DNA of 42,624 nucleotides from Desulfobacterales bacterium (GTDB lineage: Bacteria > Desulfobacterota > Desulfobacteria > Desulfobacterales > UBA11574), in the NCBI GenBank assembly GCA_032126435.1, contig JAQBBE010000313.1:1-42624 (forward strand), written 5' to 3'. Positions 16,774 through 27,715 of the stretch are shown piece by piece (position 1 is the first letter of the stretch; each line of letters opens with the position of its first letter). Below the pieces are notes generated by a model. The model was given only the letters and a program-made list of their open reading frames with translations, was not told the DNA's origin and did not search any database. A program made the translations under genes and the position numbers.

Positions 16774-19203
16774 CTAATCGATGACATCCCTAATTTTACG
16801 AGACAGTTGTTTTATGTTAAAAGGTTTCTGAATAAAGCCATTACACCCCCGATCCATTATTTCAGAAGCCTGACCATCGATACTATAGCCGCTGGAGAGG
16901 AGAATTTTGATTTCAGGGTTTATTTTTCTGAGTCTGTCGTAAGTCTCCCCACCTCCCAGATCAGGCATGATCATGTCCAATATGACCAAAATGATTTCAT
17001 CTTGATGGACCCGATAGACTTCGATGGCATCGGTACCGCTTCTGGCCGATAGGACGCTGTAGCCAAGGTTTTCAAGAATCTGGCTGCCAACATCAATGAT
17101 CATCTCTTCATCATCAACAAGCAGTACGGTTCCAACGCCTTTTAGCGTTTTTTGATTCAAGGGTTTAGTTTTTACGATATTTTTGTCAGAAGCCGGAAGA
17201 AAGACATTAAACGTCGTCCCTTTATTAAGGATGCTGTCTGCGTTAATGATACCGCCGTGATTTTTGATGATACCATAAGCAGAGGCAAGGCCGAGACCTG
17301 TACCTCTGCCCATATCCTTTGTGGTGAAAAACGGGTCGAATATCCGTTTTATGGTTTTTTCATCCATACCTATTCCCGTATCCGCAATAGATATTTTCAC
17401 ATAATCTCCGGCTTGGACGGAAAAATGTCGGGTATAGCTGTCATCAAGTGTGACGTTTTCTGTTTGAAGATATAGCTCTCCGCCTCCTGGCATCGCTTGA
17501 CCGGCGTTCACATAGAGATTCAACAACACCTGCTCCACCTGATTCGGATCAGCCTCCACCGGCCATATATTTTTTTGAAATTTTTGATGAATTCTGATCT
17601 CCTTTTTTGTTCGACTGAACATCTCTGAGCTTTGTCGGACCACATCATTGGCATCAATGGATTTTACTTCATATTTTCCCCCTTTTGCGAACCCTAAAAG
17701 CTGCTTTGTAAGATCTGCACCGCTCTGAACGTATTTCTCGATATTTTGTAATTTTTCATAATGCGGATGATTGGGATCCAGATCAAAAGTCATGAGAGAT
17801 GCGTTCCCCAAGATTCCCATAAGCAAGTTGTTATAGTCATGTGCAATACCACCGGCCAAGGTGCCGATGGCCTCCATCTTTTGTACTTGTTGGATTTGAG
17901 CCTCCAGCTTTTTCTGTTCATAAATATTTCGCAAATTAACCACGCTACCCACAGGATTTCCGTCGTGATCATGATAAATAGCGCCGCTGATGCTTACAGG
18001 GACAATATCTCCAGCTTTAGTGTACCGGAACGTTTCAATGCCCGACAGATTTTCTCCGGCGAGCACTTTCTCTATCATTTCAATGGTTTCAGGCCAATTT
18101 TCTTCAGGAACAAACATGTCCATTTTCTTGCCCAAACATTCCTCTAAGGTCCATCCAAAAACCTTCGTAAATGTTGGGTTTAAATAAGTTACCTTCCTTT
18201 CCATGTCACAAACGATTACAGAATCAGGGTTTGCTTCTAGAACGGTCCGATATTTATTTTCACTCTCACGAAGGGCCGCTTCAGTCTGTTTGCGGATGGA
18301 AATCTCCTGACGTGCTTTTTCGTAGAGTCGAGCGTTCTCAATTGCGATGGCCGCTGATCCTGCAAGGGACTCCATTAAGGCGAGATGGTTTTTATCGAAT
18401 CGCCCGGTTTCTGTATCCACCACTTGGAGCACGCCGATGACATCTCCCTTGACATGTAAAGGGACTGTGAGGATGGACTGCATATTCTTTCCGATGACCT
18501 GATCCACTTCCTTATAATGCCGCTCATCAGAATATGTGTCTGGAGCAATCGAGCTTTCACCGTGGCGCACCACCCATCCGGCCAGACCTTCTCCAGGTGC
18601 CAATCGCCAACCGCGCAAAGTTTCGCCATAATCGCCGGTGGCCTGCTCGCAGACCAGTTCCCCGGTGTCTCGATCGATCAACCATATTGAGCTGCCGACC
18701 ACGCCCATCAATCGGCGGACTTCTTCCAAAACACTAACGATAACCTGATCCAAATTTAGGCTTGAATTAAATGCCTGGCGTGTCTGGGTGTGCAACCGCT
18801 GCTCGCGGTTGCGCAATCGGATGATTTCCCTCGCCCGTTCCTGTTCGGTAATATCACTTAAAATAACGACCCGTGTATCTTCTTCCTTATCCCAAGATAA
18901 TATTTTTATTTTAACCAGATATTCGTTCAGAGCCAGAGGAAAATCGACCGTCACGGTTTCCAATTTTTCCCTGGGCGTTTTTAAAAGGTCTGCCACGCTT
19001 TGACCCGCATCTCCTGAAAAAAGCTGGGTAAAAATTGACCCTAACAGTTTTTTCTTAGGAGTATTGCACAAAGAAATTGCCGCGGGATTGGCAAAAACAA
19101 TTTTTCCTTTAGAGGTTATTTCTAAAATTCCTTCTGACATTGCCTCCAATATAATATGAAATTTTTTCTTAACGGTCGGCAGTTCCTTGGTTATTTTCTC
19201 CAT
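16774..19203 (-). CDS. hybrid sensor histidine kinase/response regulator (PAS-GAF-PAS-HisKA-HATPase-REC)
   Basis: H-box [13 protein letters not shown] boxes [12 protein letters not shown] and [13 protein letters not shown], and a C-terminal receiver VLLVDDEE...[11 protein letters not shown]. There is no transmembrane segment. Confidence 0.92.
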   Translation of the reverse strand: MEKITKELPTVKKKFHIILEAMSEGILEITSKGKIVFANPAAISLCNTPKKKLLGSIFTQLFSGDAGQSVADLLKTPREKLETVTVDFPLALNEYLVKIKILSWDKEEDTRVVILSDITEQERAREIIRLRNREQRLHTQTRQAFNSSLNLDQVIVSVLEEVRRLMGVVGSSIWLIDRDTGELVCEQATGDYGETLRGWRLAPGEGLAGWVVRHGESSIAPDTYSDERHYKEVDQVIGKNMQSILTVPLHVKGDVIGVLQVVDTETGRFDKNHLALMESLAGSAAIAIENARLYEKARQEISIRKQTEAALRESENKYRTVLEANPDSVIVCDMERKVTYLNPTFTKVFGWTLEECLGKKMDMFVPEENWPETIEMIEKVLAGENLSGIETFRYTKAGDIVPVSISGAIYHDHDGNPVGSVVNLRNIYEQKKLEAQIQQVQKMEAIGTLAGGIAHDYNNLLMGILGNASLMTFDLDPNHPHYEKLQNIEKYVQSGADLTKQLLGFAKGGKYEVKSIDANDVVRQSSEMFSRTKKEIRIHQKFQKNIWPVEADPNQVEQVLLNLYVNAGQAMPGGGELYLQTENVTLDDSYTRHFSVQAGDYVKISIADTGIGMDEKTIKRIFDPFFTTKDMGRGTGLGLASAYGIIKNHGGIINADSILNKGTTFNVFLPASDKNIVKTKPLNQKTLKGVGTVLLVDDEEMIIDVGSQILENLGYSVLSARSGTDAIEVYRVHQDEIILVILDMIMPDLGGGETYDRLRKINPEIKILLSSGYSIDGQASEIMDRGCNGFIQKPFNIKQLSRKIRDVID

Positions 19204-19244
19204 AAGATCCTTACCTTTTGAAGCATGCCCAGCTTTTTGACAAA

Positions 19245-19322
19245 CTCGTAAAAAGTCTTTGGTGAGCGATATCTGATCATTCTCAAATGGTCACTGAGCG
19301 AGCAAAACGGACTTTTTACGAG
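19245..19322. repeat. dispersed repeat, full hairpin copy
   Basis: Perfect 13-bp inverted repeat CTCGTAAAAAGTC (19245-19257) / GACTTTTTACGAG (19310-19322) with a 52-nt spacer. The right half recurs at 40008-40057. Confidence 0.6.
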
Positions 19323-19500
19323 ACCATCAGTTTTTTAAATTTAGGATATTTTGTTCTTAAAAAAAAGAGAGATTGTGAGAATCATAAAATAATAATCTTC
19401 ATTAAATCAAGTCTCAAGTTATACAATCCCTTCGAGACGCTCCGATACGCGGGTTCGCCGCTTTGAAATTAGGGGATTTCTGTACAATCAACTTTGACGG

Positions 19501-19563
19501 CTTTGTAAAAAATCTTTTGTGAGCGACATCTATCAAAATCAGACTTTTTTCGAGTTCATCAAC
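19501..19563. repeat. dispersed repeat, shorter copy
   Basis: CTTTGTAAAAAATCTTTTGTGAGCGACATCTATCA...CAGACTTTTTTCGAGTTCATC aligns with both halves of the 19245-19322 element but lacks its central ~25 nt. Confidence 0.5.
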
Positions 19564-19733
19564 TTTGGTATCCGATACGCCGGCAGCGAACGTTTTAAAA
19601 AAGGCAATTCTAAATCGTTTTTTTGGAAAAATGCTTGAATAATGTGTCTTAGGGGAATAGGATCAAAACAAAAACACCCGGGTAAAACCTCCTTTATTTC
19701 CAACAAATTGTAGGTTTTCGGAGATGTTTAAAT

Positions 19734-20174
19734 ATGCGTGCCGTAATACAAAGGGTTAAATCCAGTTCTGTAACCGTCGAAAATGAAAGGGTCGCAAAAA
19801 TCGGCAAAGGTCTTTTGGTTCTTTTAGGGATTGCAAAAGCCGATAATACCGATGATGCCGAATACCTTGCAGACAAGATCGTGAATTTAAGAATTTTTGA
19901 AGATGAAAATCGCAAAATGAACCGTTCTTTGGTGGATACCGGCGGCGAAATGCTGGTTGTCTCCCAGTTCACCTTGCTGGGAGATTGCAAAAAAGGCCGA
20001 CGCCCCTCTTTCGTTCAAGCCGCAGCTCCGGATCATGCTACCGGACTGTACCAGATATTTGTTGAACAGGTCCGCCAGAAGGGCGTTACTGTGAAAACCG
20101 GTCGATTTCGAGCCATGATGGATGTATCTTTGATCAACGACGGGCCGGTGACCCTTATTGTGGACAGCAGGTAG
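19734..20174 (+). CDS. dtd: D-aminoacyl-tRNA deacylase
   Basis: 146 aa with MRAVIQRV..., VSQFTLLGD and NDGPVTL. Confidence 0.95.
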   Translation: MRAVIQRVKSSSVTVENERVAKIGKGLLVLLGIAKADNTDDAEYLADKIVNLRIFEDENRKMNRSLVDTGGEMLVVSQFTLLGDCKKGRRPSFVQAAAPDHATGLYQIFVEQVRQKGVTVKTGRFRAMMDVSLINDGPVTLIVDSR

Positions 20175-20258
20175 ATTCCTTCGGGCTTGCGCCCGTGGTC
20201 CTCTGTTAATTTTGGGCAAAAACCCGTCATAAAGTAACCGTCATAAAAAATCTACTCC

Positions 20259-21500
20259 ATGCATTTGTCGTCAAAATCAAAACCATCCTTTACAGCCGCC
20301 ACATGCCGGTTTCTTCTTCTTTTTTGTCTATTGAATTTCGGGACAGCCCAACATCTTTATGCCGAAAAACTCGCTGATCTAAATCCTTTTATCGGAGATC
20401 GGGATGCAATTCTGGTTGCGGATCCCCAAGGACGGATTGTTTTTTCAAAAAATGCCGACCTTCAGCTTGTCCCGGCATCGACCCTGAAAATATTTACGGC
20501 GCTTGTGGCCCTCCATTATCTGGGTCCGGATTACAGATTTGTCACCGAGTTTTATCAAGATCATCATTCAAATCTGAAAGTAAAAGGATATGGAGACCCC
20601 CTTCTCATTTCAGAAGCTTTGGCGGGAATTGCACTCGATCTCACATCCATACCGGATATTGAATTTAATCATATTAACGATATAGTTCTCGATGATTCAT
20701 ACTTTAAAACCCCCATCGCGATCCCCGGGGTTAATTTGTCAAATGAACCCTACGACGCCCCCATCGGCGCGCTGTGTGTAAATTTCAACACAGTCAATTT
20801 CAAGCGCAACCCTAACGGCATTTTTGTCAGTGCCGAGCCCCAAACGCCCCTATTGCCGTATGTTCAAGAAAGAATCGATGTCTCTCATTTGGATCACGGC
20901 AGAATTCTACTTTCCTCACAAAGAAATGAAAACACACTTTATTCGGGTCATCTTCTTCTATATTTTTTAAAAAAAGAAGCGATACAGTTCGACGGTAGAA
21001 TAAGAACAGGAAAGGTTCAAAAAGACAATGACAAACTCATCTTCAGATATGTTTCCAGTTTTTCATTGATGCAAGTCATATCAAAACTTTTCGAATATTC
21101 AAATAACTTTATGGCCAATCAGTTGCTCATCACGTGCGGTGCAAAAGCATACGGGCCTCCGGGAACCCTGGAAAATGGAGTTCAGGCAGCATCAGCATAT
21201 GCGAAAAACATTCTTAAAATCGATAAGTTCCGGCTTGTGGAAGGTTCAGGGATATCGAGAAAAAACCGGATGTCAGCGGAAAGTTTTTACAAAATACTCA
21301 CAGTTTTTGCGCCCTATCATTTTCTCATGCGCAAAATGGGGAAAGCTTTCTATAAAACGGGAACTCTCAGAGGGATCAATACACGGGCCGGTTATATAGA
21401 AAATAAAGAAGGAAAGTTGTATTCATTTGTTGTGCTGATAAATACCCCGGGGAAGTCGCCGAAACCAATTATGGATATACTCTTGCGCAATCTGGATTAA
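20259..21500 (+). CDS. dacB: D-alanyl-D-alanine carboxypeptidase/endopeptidase (PBP4, peptidase S13 family)
   Basis: Signal peptide, SxxK (PASTLKIF), SxN (YSNNFMANQL) and KTG (YKTGTL). Confidence 0.85.
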   Translation: MHLSSKSKPSFTAATCRFLLLFCLLNFGTAQHLYAEKLADLNPFIGDRDAILVADPQGRIVFSKNADLQLVPASTLKIFTALVALHYLGPDYRFVTEFYQDHHSNLKVKGYGDPLLISEALAGIALDLTSIPDIEFNHINDIVLDDSYFKTPIAIPGVNLSNEPYDAPIGALCVNFNTVNFKRNPNGIFVSAEPQTPLLPYVQERIDVSHLDHGRILLSSQRNENTLYSGHLLLYFLKKEAIQFDGRIRTGKVQKDNDKLIFRYVSSFSLMQVISKLFEYSNNFMANQLLITCGAKAYGPPGTLENGVQAASAYAKNILKIDKFRLVEGSGISRKNRMSAESFYKILTVFAPYHFLMRKMGKAFYKTGTLRGINTRAGYIENKEGKLYSFVVLINTPGKSPKPIMDILLRNLD

Positions 21501-22282
21501 AAAATTGGTGCCTTCCCGCTGGTAATTGAAGCATATGCACTGTGGTTATGGATCGACTCAAAATTTTCCGCACTCACGGAAAACCAGGTTATGTTGCTGT
21601 CCTGTTTCAGCTTTTCAGCAACGTCTCTGACGATATCTTCAACAAATTTAGGGTTATTGTAGCCTGTTTCCGTCACATGTTTCTCATCGATACGTTTGAG
21701 GACAGAGTATACTTCGCATGAAGCAGCCCCCTCTACCAGCTCAATCATATCTTCGATCCAGATAAATTTTTTAAACCGGGTGCTGAGCATGACTTGACCG
21801 CGTTGATTATGGGCGCCTACATCACTGATTTCTTTTGAACATGGACAGACGGAAGATATCGGAACAACGACCACGGATACGAGATCGATCTTGCCGCCGG
21901 GGTCGCTTGAGCCCAAAAAACTGCACACGTAGTCCATCAGACCGAGGGATTTGCTGATGGGGGATTTTTTTTCAATAAAATAGGGAAATGTTACTTCGAT
22001 GTTGGCCGAAGCTGCATTTAAATATTTTTTCATCTCTTCAAGAATAACGGCAATTTTCTTTAAAGATACCTCCGGACGAAACAAATGCAGCATTTCCACA
22101 AAACGGCTCATGTGAGTCCCTTTGTAGTTGTGGGGTAAATCGACATACATGTTTATGGAAGCAACGGTGTGCTGAAAGTTGTTTTTCCGGTCGAGCACTG
22201 TTATGGGATATTTAAGATTCTTAATGCCGACTTTGTCGATTGGAATGTTGCGATGATCGAATTGATTTTGGATGTCTTTCAT
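21497..22282 (-). CDS. folE2: GTP cyclohydrolase FolE2/MptA (type IB)
   Basis: 261 aa. IPIDKVGIKNLKYPITV, GTHMSRF and CPCSKEIS...GAHNQR are typical of FolE2. Confidence 0.9.
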   Translation of the reverse strand: MKDIQNQFDHRNIPIDKVGIKNLKYPITVLDRKNNFQHTVASINMYVDLPHNYKGTHMSRFVEMLHLFRPEVSLKKIAVILEEMKKYLNAASANIEVTFPYFIEKKSPISKSLGLMDYVCSFLGSSDPGGKIDLVSVVVVPISSVCPCSKEISDVGAHNQRGQVMLSTRFKKFIWIEDMIELVEGAASCEVYSVLKRIDEKHVTETGYNNPKFVEDIVRDVAEKLKQDSNITWFSVSAENFESIHNHSAYASITSGKAPIF

Positions 22283-23010
22283 TTTAACAAATAATCTGTC
22301 TTCACATGGCTCATGGCTCTGAAAATATTCCCTTTAACTTTTCTGTTGCTCCTGTAAAGCTGCTGTAATAGCTGCTTAATTTCCTGCCGTTTGGATACTT
22401 TTGCACTCGGACATGGATTGATTAAATCCGGACAACCTTTCTCTTTTGCAAATCGTCTTATAACATCTTCGTCAACAAAAGCAAGGGGCCTTATCAATGT
22501 AAATCTTTCCTGGAAAAAAGACTGAGAGGGCAGCATCGTACTGATCTCTCCGGCATAGCATATATTCATAAACAAAGTCTCGATGATATCGTCTTTGTTG
22601 TGCCCCAGAGCCACCTTGTTGCATCCGAGTTCATCCGCAATTTCAAAAAGGCGTTTTCTGCGCAACCTGGAACATAAAAAACACGGATTTTCACGATTTT
22701 GAGAGCTATGGGCCAAAATTCCGTAATCCGTATGCTCAATTTTAAGTTCAAGGCCTGTTCCATCCCAATATTCGGCCAGGGGTTCACTGAAACCTTCCTC
22801 AAATCCGGGATCGATATACACTGCAGACAGTTCATATTTTATGGGGATGCGCTCCAGTCGTTCATTTAACATCCACATCAGAGTGAAACTGTCTTTGCCT
22901 CCTGAAAGCCCGACTAAAATTCGATCCCCATCAGAGATCATATCATACCGGTGTAACGCCTTCCCAATATTCCTTTTTAGCACCTTGTAGGCATAGCTGT
23001 ACTTTGGCAA
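22279..23010 (-). CDS. ttcA: TtcA-family PP-loop tRNA thiolation ATPase
   Basis: LKRNIGKALHRYDMISDGDRILVGLSGGKDS aligns by eye with the E. coli TtcA N-terminus. CFLCSRLRR and a C-terminal NPCPS cysteine motif are present. It has a TTG start, and its stop overlaps the folE2 ATG (ATGA). Confidence 0.85.
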   Translation of the reverse strand: MPKYSYAYKVLKRNIGKALHRYDMISDGDRILVGLSGGKDSFTLMWMLNERLERIPIKYELSAVYIDPGFEEGFSEPLAEYWDGTGLELKIEHTDYGILAHSSQNRENPCFLCSRLRRKRLFEIADELGCNKVALGHNKDDIIETLFMNICYAGEISTMLPSQSFFQERFTLIRPLAFVDEDVIRRFAKEKGCPDLINPCPSAKVSKRQEIKQLLQQLYRSNRKVKGNIFRAMSHVKTDYLLK

Positions 23011-23028
23011 AAGAAAAGTGTCGGCCTC

Positions 23029-23262
23029 CTATAGATTTTCTTCTATTTCTACGAGTTCCTGTTTTTTTTCTTCTTTTTCTTTAATTGTGATCTTTCCCGC
23101 AGCGACTTCGCGCAGGGCGACTACGATATCTTCGTTCTTCGGTGAACTTACCAGGTATTCAGATCCTTCACGGATCTGCCTTACACGCTTGGACGCCATG
23201 TTGACCAGTAAAAACCGGTTTTTTACCCTTTTCAAGCAATCTTCTATGGTTATACGCGCCAT
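23029..23262 (-). CDS. rpoZ: RNA polymerase omega subunit
   Basis: MARITIEDCLKRVKNRFLLVNMASKRVRQI... Confidence 0.93.
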   Translation of the reverse strand: MARITIEDCLKRVKNRFLLVNMASKRVRQIREGSEYLVSSPKNEDIVVALREVAAGKITIKEKEEKKQELVEIEENL

Positions 23263-23326
23263 GAAAAACCTCCGTTAATATGTATATCATTAATCATTTT
23301 AAAATGTTTGATAATAAATGGTCAAT

Positions 23327-23794
23327 TTACAATATTTCTACCAGTTCATAGTATCTTTTTCCACCTGGAGCTTCCAAAGAAATTTCGTCTCCAGGTTTTT
23401 TGCCTATTACGGCTTTCCCCAAGGGTGAAGACACAGAAATGCGTCCTTCCTCAATATTCGCCTCGTCAGGTCCCACAAGCTGATATTTAACATTTTCCCC
23501 GGTATCGGTATTTTCAAGCATTACAGAACTGGCAAATAAAGCGCGATCCTTTGGAAGTTTTTGAGGATCGATGATATCTGCTCTGGATAGCTTGTATGCC
23601 AATTCATTTAACCGCGCCTCAATAAATGCCTGTCTGTCTTTGGCAGCTTCAAACTCTGCGTTTTCACTGATATCTCCGTGAGCACGGGCCTCTTCGATTG
23701 ACTTTATATTCCTGGGACGTTCAACTCTTTTAAGATAATCCAGTTCTTTCTTCAGGGCCTGATAGCCCTCTTTTGTAATGGGTACGCGTTCCAA
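23327..23794 (-). CDS. greA: transcription elongation factor GreA
   Basis: 155 aa with PITKEGYQALKKELDYLK and AHGDISENAEFEAAK. Confidence 0.95.
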   Translation of the reverse strand: MERVPITKEGYQALKKELDYLKRVERPRNIKSIEEARAHGDISENAEFEAAKDRQAFIEARLNELAYKLSRADIIDPQKLPKDRALFASSVMLENTDTGENVKYQLVGPDEANIEEGRISVSSPLGKAVIGKKPGDEISLEAPGGKRYYELVEIL

Positions 23795-23805
23795 TTCTAA
23801 ACTCC

Positions 23806-24828
23806 CTATAAATAGTCCTTTGCCAAGATTTCTGCAATCTGAACCGCATTTGTTGCAGCGCCCTTTCTGATATTATCGGCCACAACCCACATATTGATGC
23901 CGTTTGAAATCGACTCATCCTCACGGATACGACCCACAAGTGTCAAGTCCTGGCCGGCAGCATCAATGGCAAGAGGATAAATGTTGTTGTGCGGATCATC
24001 AACGACTTTAACTCCGGAAGTTACTTCCAGCAAAGCTCTCACCTCTTCTGCAGAAACATGTTCAATGGTTTCAATGTTAATCGATTCTGAATGACCGAAA
24101 AATACCGGCACACGAACGGTGGTTGCTGTAACCCCTATGGTATCGTCTTCCAGAATCTTTCTCGTTTCATGGAGCATTTTCATTTCTTCTTTGGTATAGC
24201 CGTTCTCCAGAAACACATCGATGTGGGGAATGCAGTTAAAAGCGATGGGGTGTGGGTAAACCTCCGTTTTATACGATTTGAAATTGAGAATCGAGCGGGT
24301 CTGAGCATCGAGTTCATCAATCGCCTTTTTCCCGGTTCCTGAAACAGCCTGATATGTTGAAACCACAATCCGTTTTATCCCATATTTCTTGTGCAATGGA
24401 TGTAATGGAACAACCATCTGGATGGTCGAACAGTTCGGATTTGCGATGATACCTTTATGGGTGTATTGTGCAATTGCATGGGGATTCACTTCGGGAACCA
24501 CCAGGGGAACTTTGGGATCCATCCGCCACGCGCTTGAATTGTCAACAACCACGCATCCGTCCCGGGCCGCAAAAGGAGCAAATTTTTCACTGGTACCGCC
24601 ACCGGCCGAAAAAAGGGCGATATCGAAACCTTTAAAAGAATCCTCTTTCAATTCCTCAACATCAATGGCATTGCCCTTGTAATCAAGCTTACGCCCGACA
24701 GAACGCCGGGATGCTAAAAATTTAATAGACTTAACCGGGAAATTCCTTTCTTCCAGGCAGGTTATCATCTGATTTCCCACAGCACCTGTCGCACCCGCAA
24801 TGGCGACATTAAATTTTTTATTCGACAT
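23806..24828 (-). CDS. asd: aspartate-semialdehyde dehydrogenase
   Basis: [18 protein letters not shown] and the active-site motif NPNCSTI. ATG at 24828 is the true start, and the track extension to 24942 runs into leuB. Confidence 0.94.
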   Translation of the reverse strand: MSNKKFNVAIAGATGAVGNQMITCLEERNFPVKSIKFLASRRSVGRKLDYKGNAIDVEELKEDSFKGFDIALFSAGGGTSEKFAPFAARDGCVVVDNSSAWRMDPKVPLVVPEVNPHAIAQYTHKGIIANPNCSTIQMVVPLHPLHKKYGIKRIVVSTYQAVSGTGKKAIDELDAQTRSILNFKSYKTEVYPHPIAFNCIPHIDVFLENGYTKEEMKMLHETRKILEDDTIGVTATTVRVPVFFGHSESINIETIEHVSAEEVRALLEVTSGVKVVDDPHNNIYPLAIDAAGQDLTLVGRIREDESISNGINMWVVADNIRKGAATNAVQIAEILAKDYL

Positions 24829-25900
24829 GGTCGGCCTTCCCAATAATATAATCTGCCACAAGATCTCCAACTTCTTGTGTCGTATACCCCATTTTCCCTG
24901 CGGCAACATCTTTGAGGTCATCCCGCAGCACTTTAATAACACCCGCTTCTATCAAGGATGAAGCCGTTAACTCACCCAGGGTCTCCAGCATAATCTGAGC
25001 CGAGGAAATGGCGGCAATTGGGTTAATGATCTGTTTGCCGGTATATTTTGGAGCAGACCCACCGATGGGTTCAAACATTGAAATTCCTTCAGGGTTGATG
25101 TTGGCTCCGGCGGCAATTCCCATCCCCCCCTGAATCATGGCACCCAGGTCGGTTATTATATCTCCAAACATATTATCCGTAACGATAACATCGAACCACT
25201 CCGGGTTTTTCACCATCCACATGCAGATAGCATCAACGTGTGCATAATCTGTCTCGATATCAGGGTACTCCTCTGCAATTTCATTAAAAGTACGCTCCCA
25301 TAAATCAAATGCAAAGGTCAATACATTGGTTTTTCCGCAAAGCGTCAGCTTTTTTCGCTTGTTTCTTTTTCTGCAATATTCAAAAGCATATCGGATGCAG
25401 CGTTCCACGCCTTTGCGGGTATTTATCGATTCTTGGATTGCGACTTCATCCGGCGTGCCCCATTTTAAACATCCACCAGCTCCTACATAAAGACCTTCAG
25501 TGTTTTCCCGGACCACAACAAAGTCTATGTCTTTCGGCCCCTTGCCTTTTATCGGCGTCTCCACGCCCTCATAGAGTTTAACCGGTCTCAAATTGATATA
25601 CTGGTCAAAATAAAACCTGAGTTTTAAAAGAATACCTTTTTCAAGAATGCCCGGTTTTACATCAGGATGCCCAATGGCACCCAAATATATTGCGTCTGTT
25701 TTAGACAATGATTCCAGAATTTTATCAGGAAGAATCTCTCCTGAAGCCATATAGTGCTCCCCGCCCAAATCATAATGGTTAAAATTCAGGCTGAAACCGA
25801 TTTTTTCGGATACGGTTTTGAGAATTTTGATACCTTCTGCAACAACTTCCGGTCCTGTTCCATCACCCGGAATTACGGAAATGTTATAATTTTTTGACAT
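24818..25900 (-). CDS. leuB: 3-isopropylmalate dehydrogenase (isocitrate/isopropylmalate dehydrogenase family)
   Basis: [31 protein letters not shown] and GGSAPKY. Substrate specificity (IPM versus tartrate/homoisocitrate) cannot be resolved by eye. Confidence 0.85.
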   Translation of the reverse strand: MSKNYNISVIPGDGTGPEVVAEGIKILKTVSEKIGFSLNFNHYDLGGEHYMASGEILPDKILESLSKTDAIYLGAIGHPDVKPGILEKGILLKLRFYFDQYINLRPVKLYEGVETPIKGKGPKDIDFVVVRENTEGLYVGAGGCLKWGTPDEVAIQESINTRKGVERCIRYAFEYCRKRNKRKKLTLCGKTNVLTFAFDLWERTFNEIAEEYPDIETDYAHVDAICMWMVKNPEWFDVIVTDNMFGDIITDLGAMIQGGMGIAAGANINPEGISMFEPIGGSAPKYTGKQIINPIAAISSAQIMLETLGELTASSLIEAGVIKVLRDDLKDVAAGKMGYTTQEVGDLVADYIIGKADHVE

Positions 25901-25914
25901 AATGATAAATCCAA

Positions 25915-26733
25915 TCAGCGAATATCAGAACTTTTGTTAATATTATGGCTAAATGGGCTTGATCCGTGCTCATTTGCCCCGTTATATCCAGTCAATTTTG
26001 TTTTTATTTTTCGATGATGCCGAACGGTCAAGATAGGACTTGAAACGGTATACGCAAGGCCTAACAGAAATAGCGCAATGGATGGCTGAGCGGCGATAAA
26101 AATCAATATCAGGATGATCGCCACCAGAACATTGAAATTCATTTTTTTAAACAGTTCAGGCTTTTTGAAACTGTTATATTTTATTGTGCTAACCATTAAA
26201 AAAGAAAGAATGTACAGCAAAACAAGAATGAATATGGGATTTATTTTCCCTTCTATGCCAAATTTATGGCAAAATAAAACGGTTGTTGCCGCCATGCCTG
26301 CTGCGGCCGGAATCGGAAGACCGACAAAGTGATCGCTGCTAATTGTGCCCACTTGGGAGTTGAAACGTGCCAGGCGGAGCGCCCCGCAAGCCAAGAAAAG
26401 AAATGCTGCCAGCCAGCCAAGTCTTCCTAGGGGCTTGAGAGCCCACAAATATACCATTAATCCAGGGGCAAGACCAAAAGATATTAGATCTGCCAAAGAA
26501 TCGTATTCAATACCGAATTTGCTGGTAGTATTCGTAGCTCTGGCAATTTTACCGTCCATGATATCAAAGATGACGCCGATAATAATCGCCACCGCCGCAG
26601 CAATAAATTTTCCGTTTACTGAAGCGATAACAGCATAAAAGCCGAAAAAAAGGTTAAGCGATGTAAAAATGTTGGGCAATATGTAAATTCCACGCCGCGA
26701 CTTTTCTTTTTTAAATCTTTTGGTTCTTTTCAT
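25915..26733 (-). CDS. pssA: CDP-diacylglycerol--serine O-phosphatidyltransferase
   Basis: CDP-alcohol phosphatidyltransferase motif DGKIARATNTTSKFGIEYDSLADLISFG in a multi-TM protein. Confidence 0.9.
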   Translation of the reverse strand: MKRTKRFKKEKSRRGIYILPNIFTSLNLFFGFYAVIASVNGKFIAAAVAIIIGVIFDIMDGKIARATNTTSKFGIEYDSLADLISFGLAPGLMVYLWALKPLGRLGWLAAFLFLACGALRLARFNSQVGTISSDHFVGLPIPAAAGMAATTVLFCHKFGIEGKINPIFILVLLYILSFLMVSTIKYNSFKKPELFKKMNFNVLVAIILILIFIAAQPSIALFLLGLAYTVSSPILTVRHHRKIKTKLTGYNGANEHGSSPFSHNINKSSDIR

Positions 26734-27401
26734 GTCAAATCTCCTAAAACAGATGTTCCGGCTTTCACCCTATCCCCGACAGTCACTTTTAAATTTGTGT
26801 CAGGCGGAAGGTAAACATCAAGACGTGACCCAAAACATATTAAGCCAAAACGCTGTCCCCGGGCAACAATGTCACCCTCCTGAATTTTACAAATAATACG
26901 TCTTGCAATCAGCCCTGCAATCTGTACCGTACAGATTTTTTTCCCTTCTTCGGTTTCCAGAGTTACTGCGTTGTGCTCGTTTTGGCTCGAAGCCTTGTCA
27001 AGATTTGCTGAAAAAAATTTCCCAGGATAATAATTTACCGTTTTCACATGCCCTTCATGGGGAATACGATTTACATGAACATTAAAAATCGACATGAAGA
27101 TGCTGATCTTAATGCATGATCCTTCATAAAACCGGCTGTCGTCCACCGGACCCGCTGAGATAATTTTGCCGTCGGCCGGCGAAATCACAGCGCCTTTTAA
27201 ATTGGGAACAACACGGTCCGGGTCCCTGAAAAAATAACAGATGAAAAAACTGGCAGCGAGTCCAATCAGGGCCAGGGTGGTCAATTCCAAAAGGGCGAAT
27301 ACAATCGTCGTAAATACAGAAGCAAATATAAAAGGATACCCGGCACTTGCCACTGGAAAAGCGGTATGACTGGGCGAGTCTGGCCTCGAAAAATTATGCA
27401 T
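26730..27401 (-). CDS. psd: phosphatidylserine decarboxylase (short form)
   Basis: 223 aa with two N-terminal TM segments. FGSR sits where the G-S-[ST] autocleavage motif is expected. The stop overlaps the pssA start. Confidence 0.85.
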   Translation of the reverse strand: MHNFSRPDSPSHTAFPVASAGYPFIFASVFTTIVFALLELTTLALIGLAASFFICYFFRDPDRVVPNLKGAVISPADGKIISAGPVDDSRFYEGSCIKISIFMSIFNVHVNRIPHEGHVKTVNYYPGKFFSANLDKASSQNEHNAVTLETEEGKKICTVQIAGLIARRIICKIQEGDIVARGQRFGLICFGSRLDVYLPPDTNLKVTVGDRVKAGTSVLGDLT

Positions 27402-27715
27402 CTAATCTACCTTGTTTAACTGGCTGCAGAGCGCTTTGATTTACCCTAAATTCGGGCAAACAAAATTGAGAAAATCAAAAAATAAATATATAAACTGTTT
27501 AGGGTTCTATGATTATAAAAAGCCTAAACTTAAATTTATATCAATATCGATCTGAAATTGTCAATAATAACCGCAATGATGATCGTTTTTCCCTGCTCGT
27601 CTCACTCGCGCTGTTGTTGAATTATCATTGATGGAAAATCGCATCTTGTTTTTATTGAAGTTTTTTATGGTAATTTTTATGTGCATTTTGGGGATTAACG
27701 GGCGGAAAAGACGCT

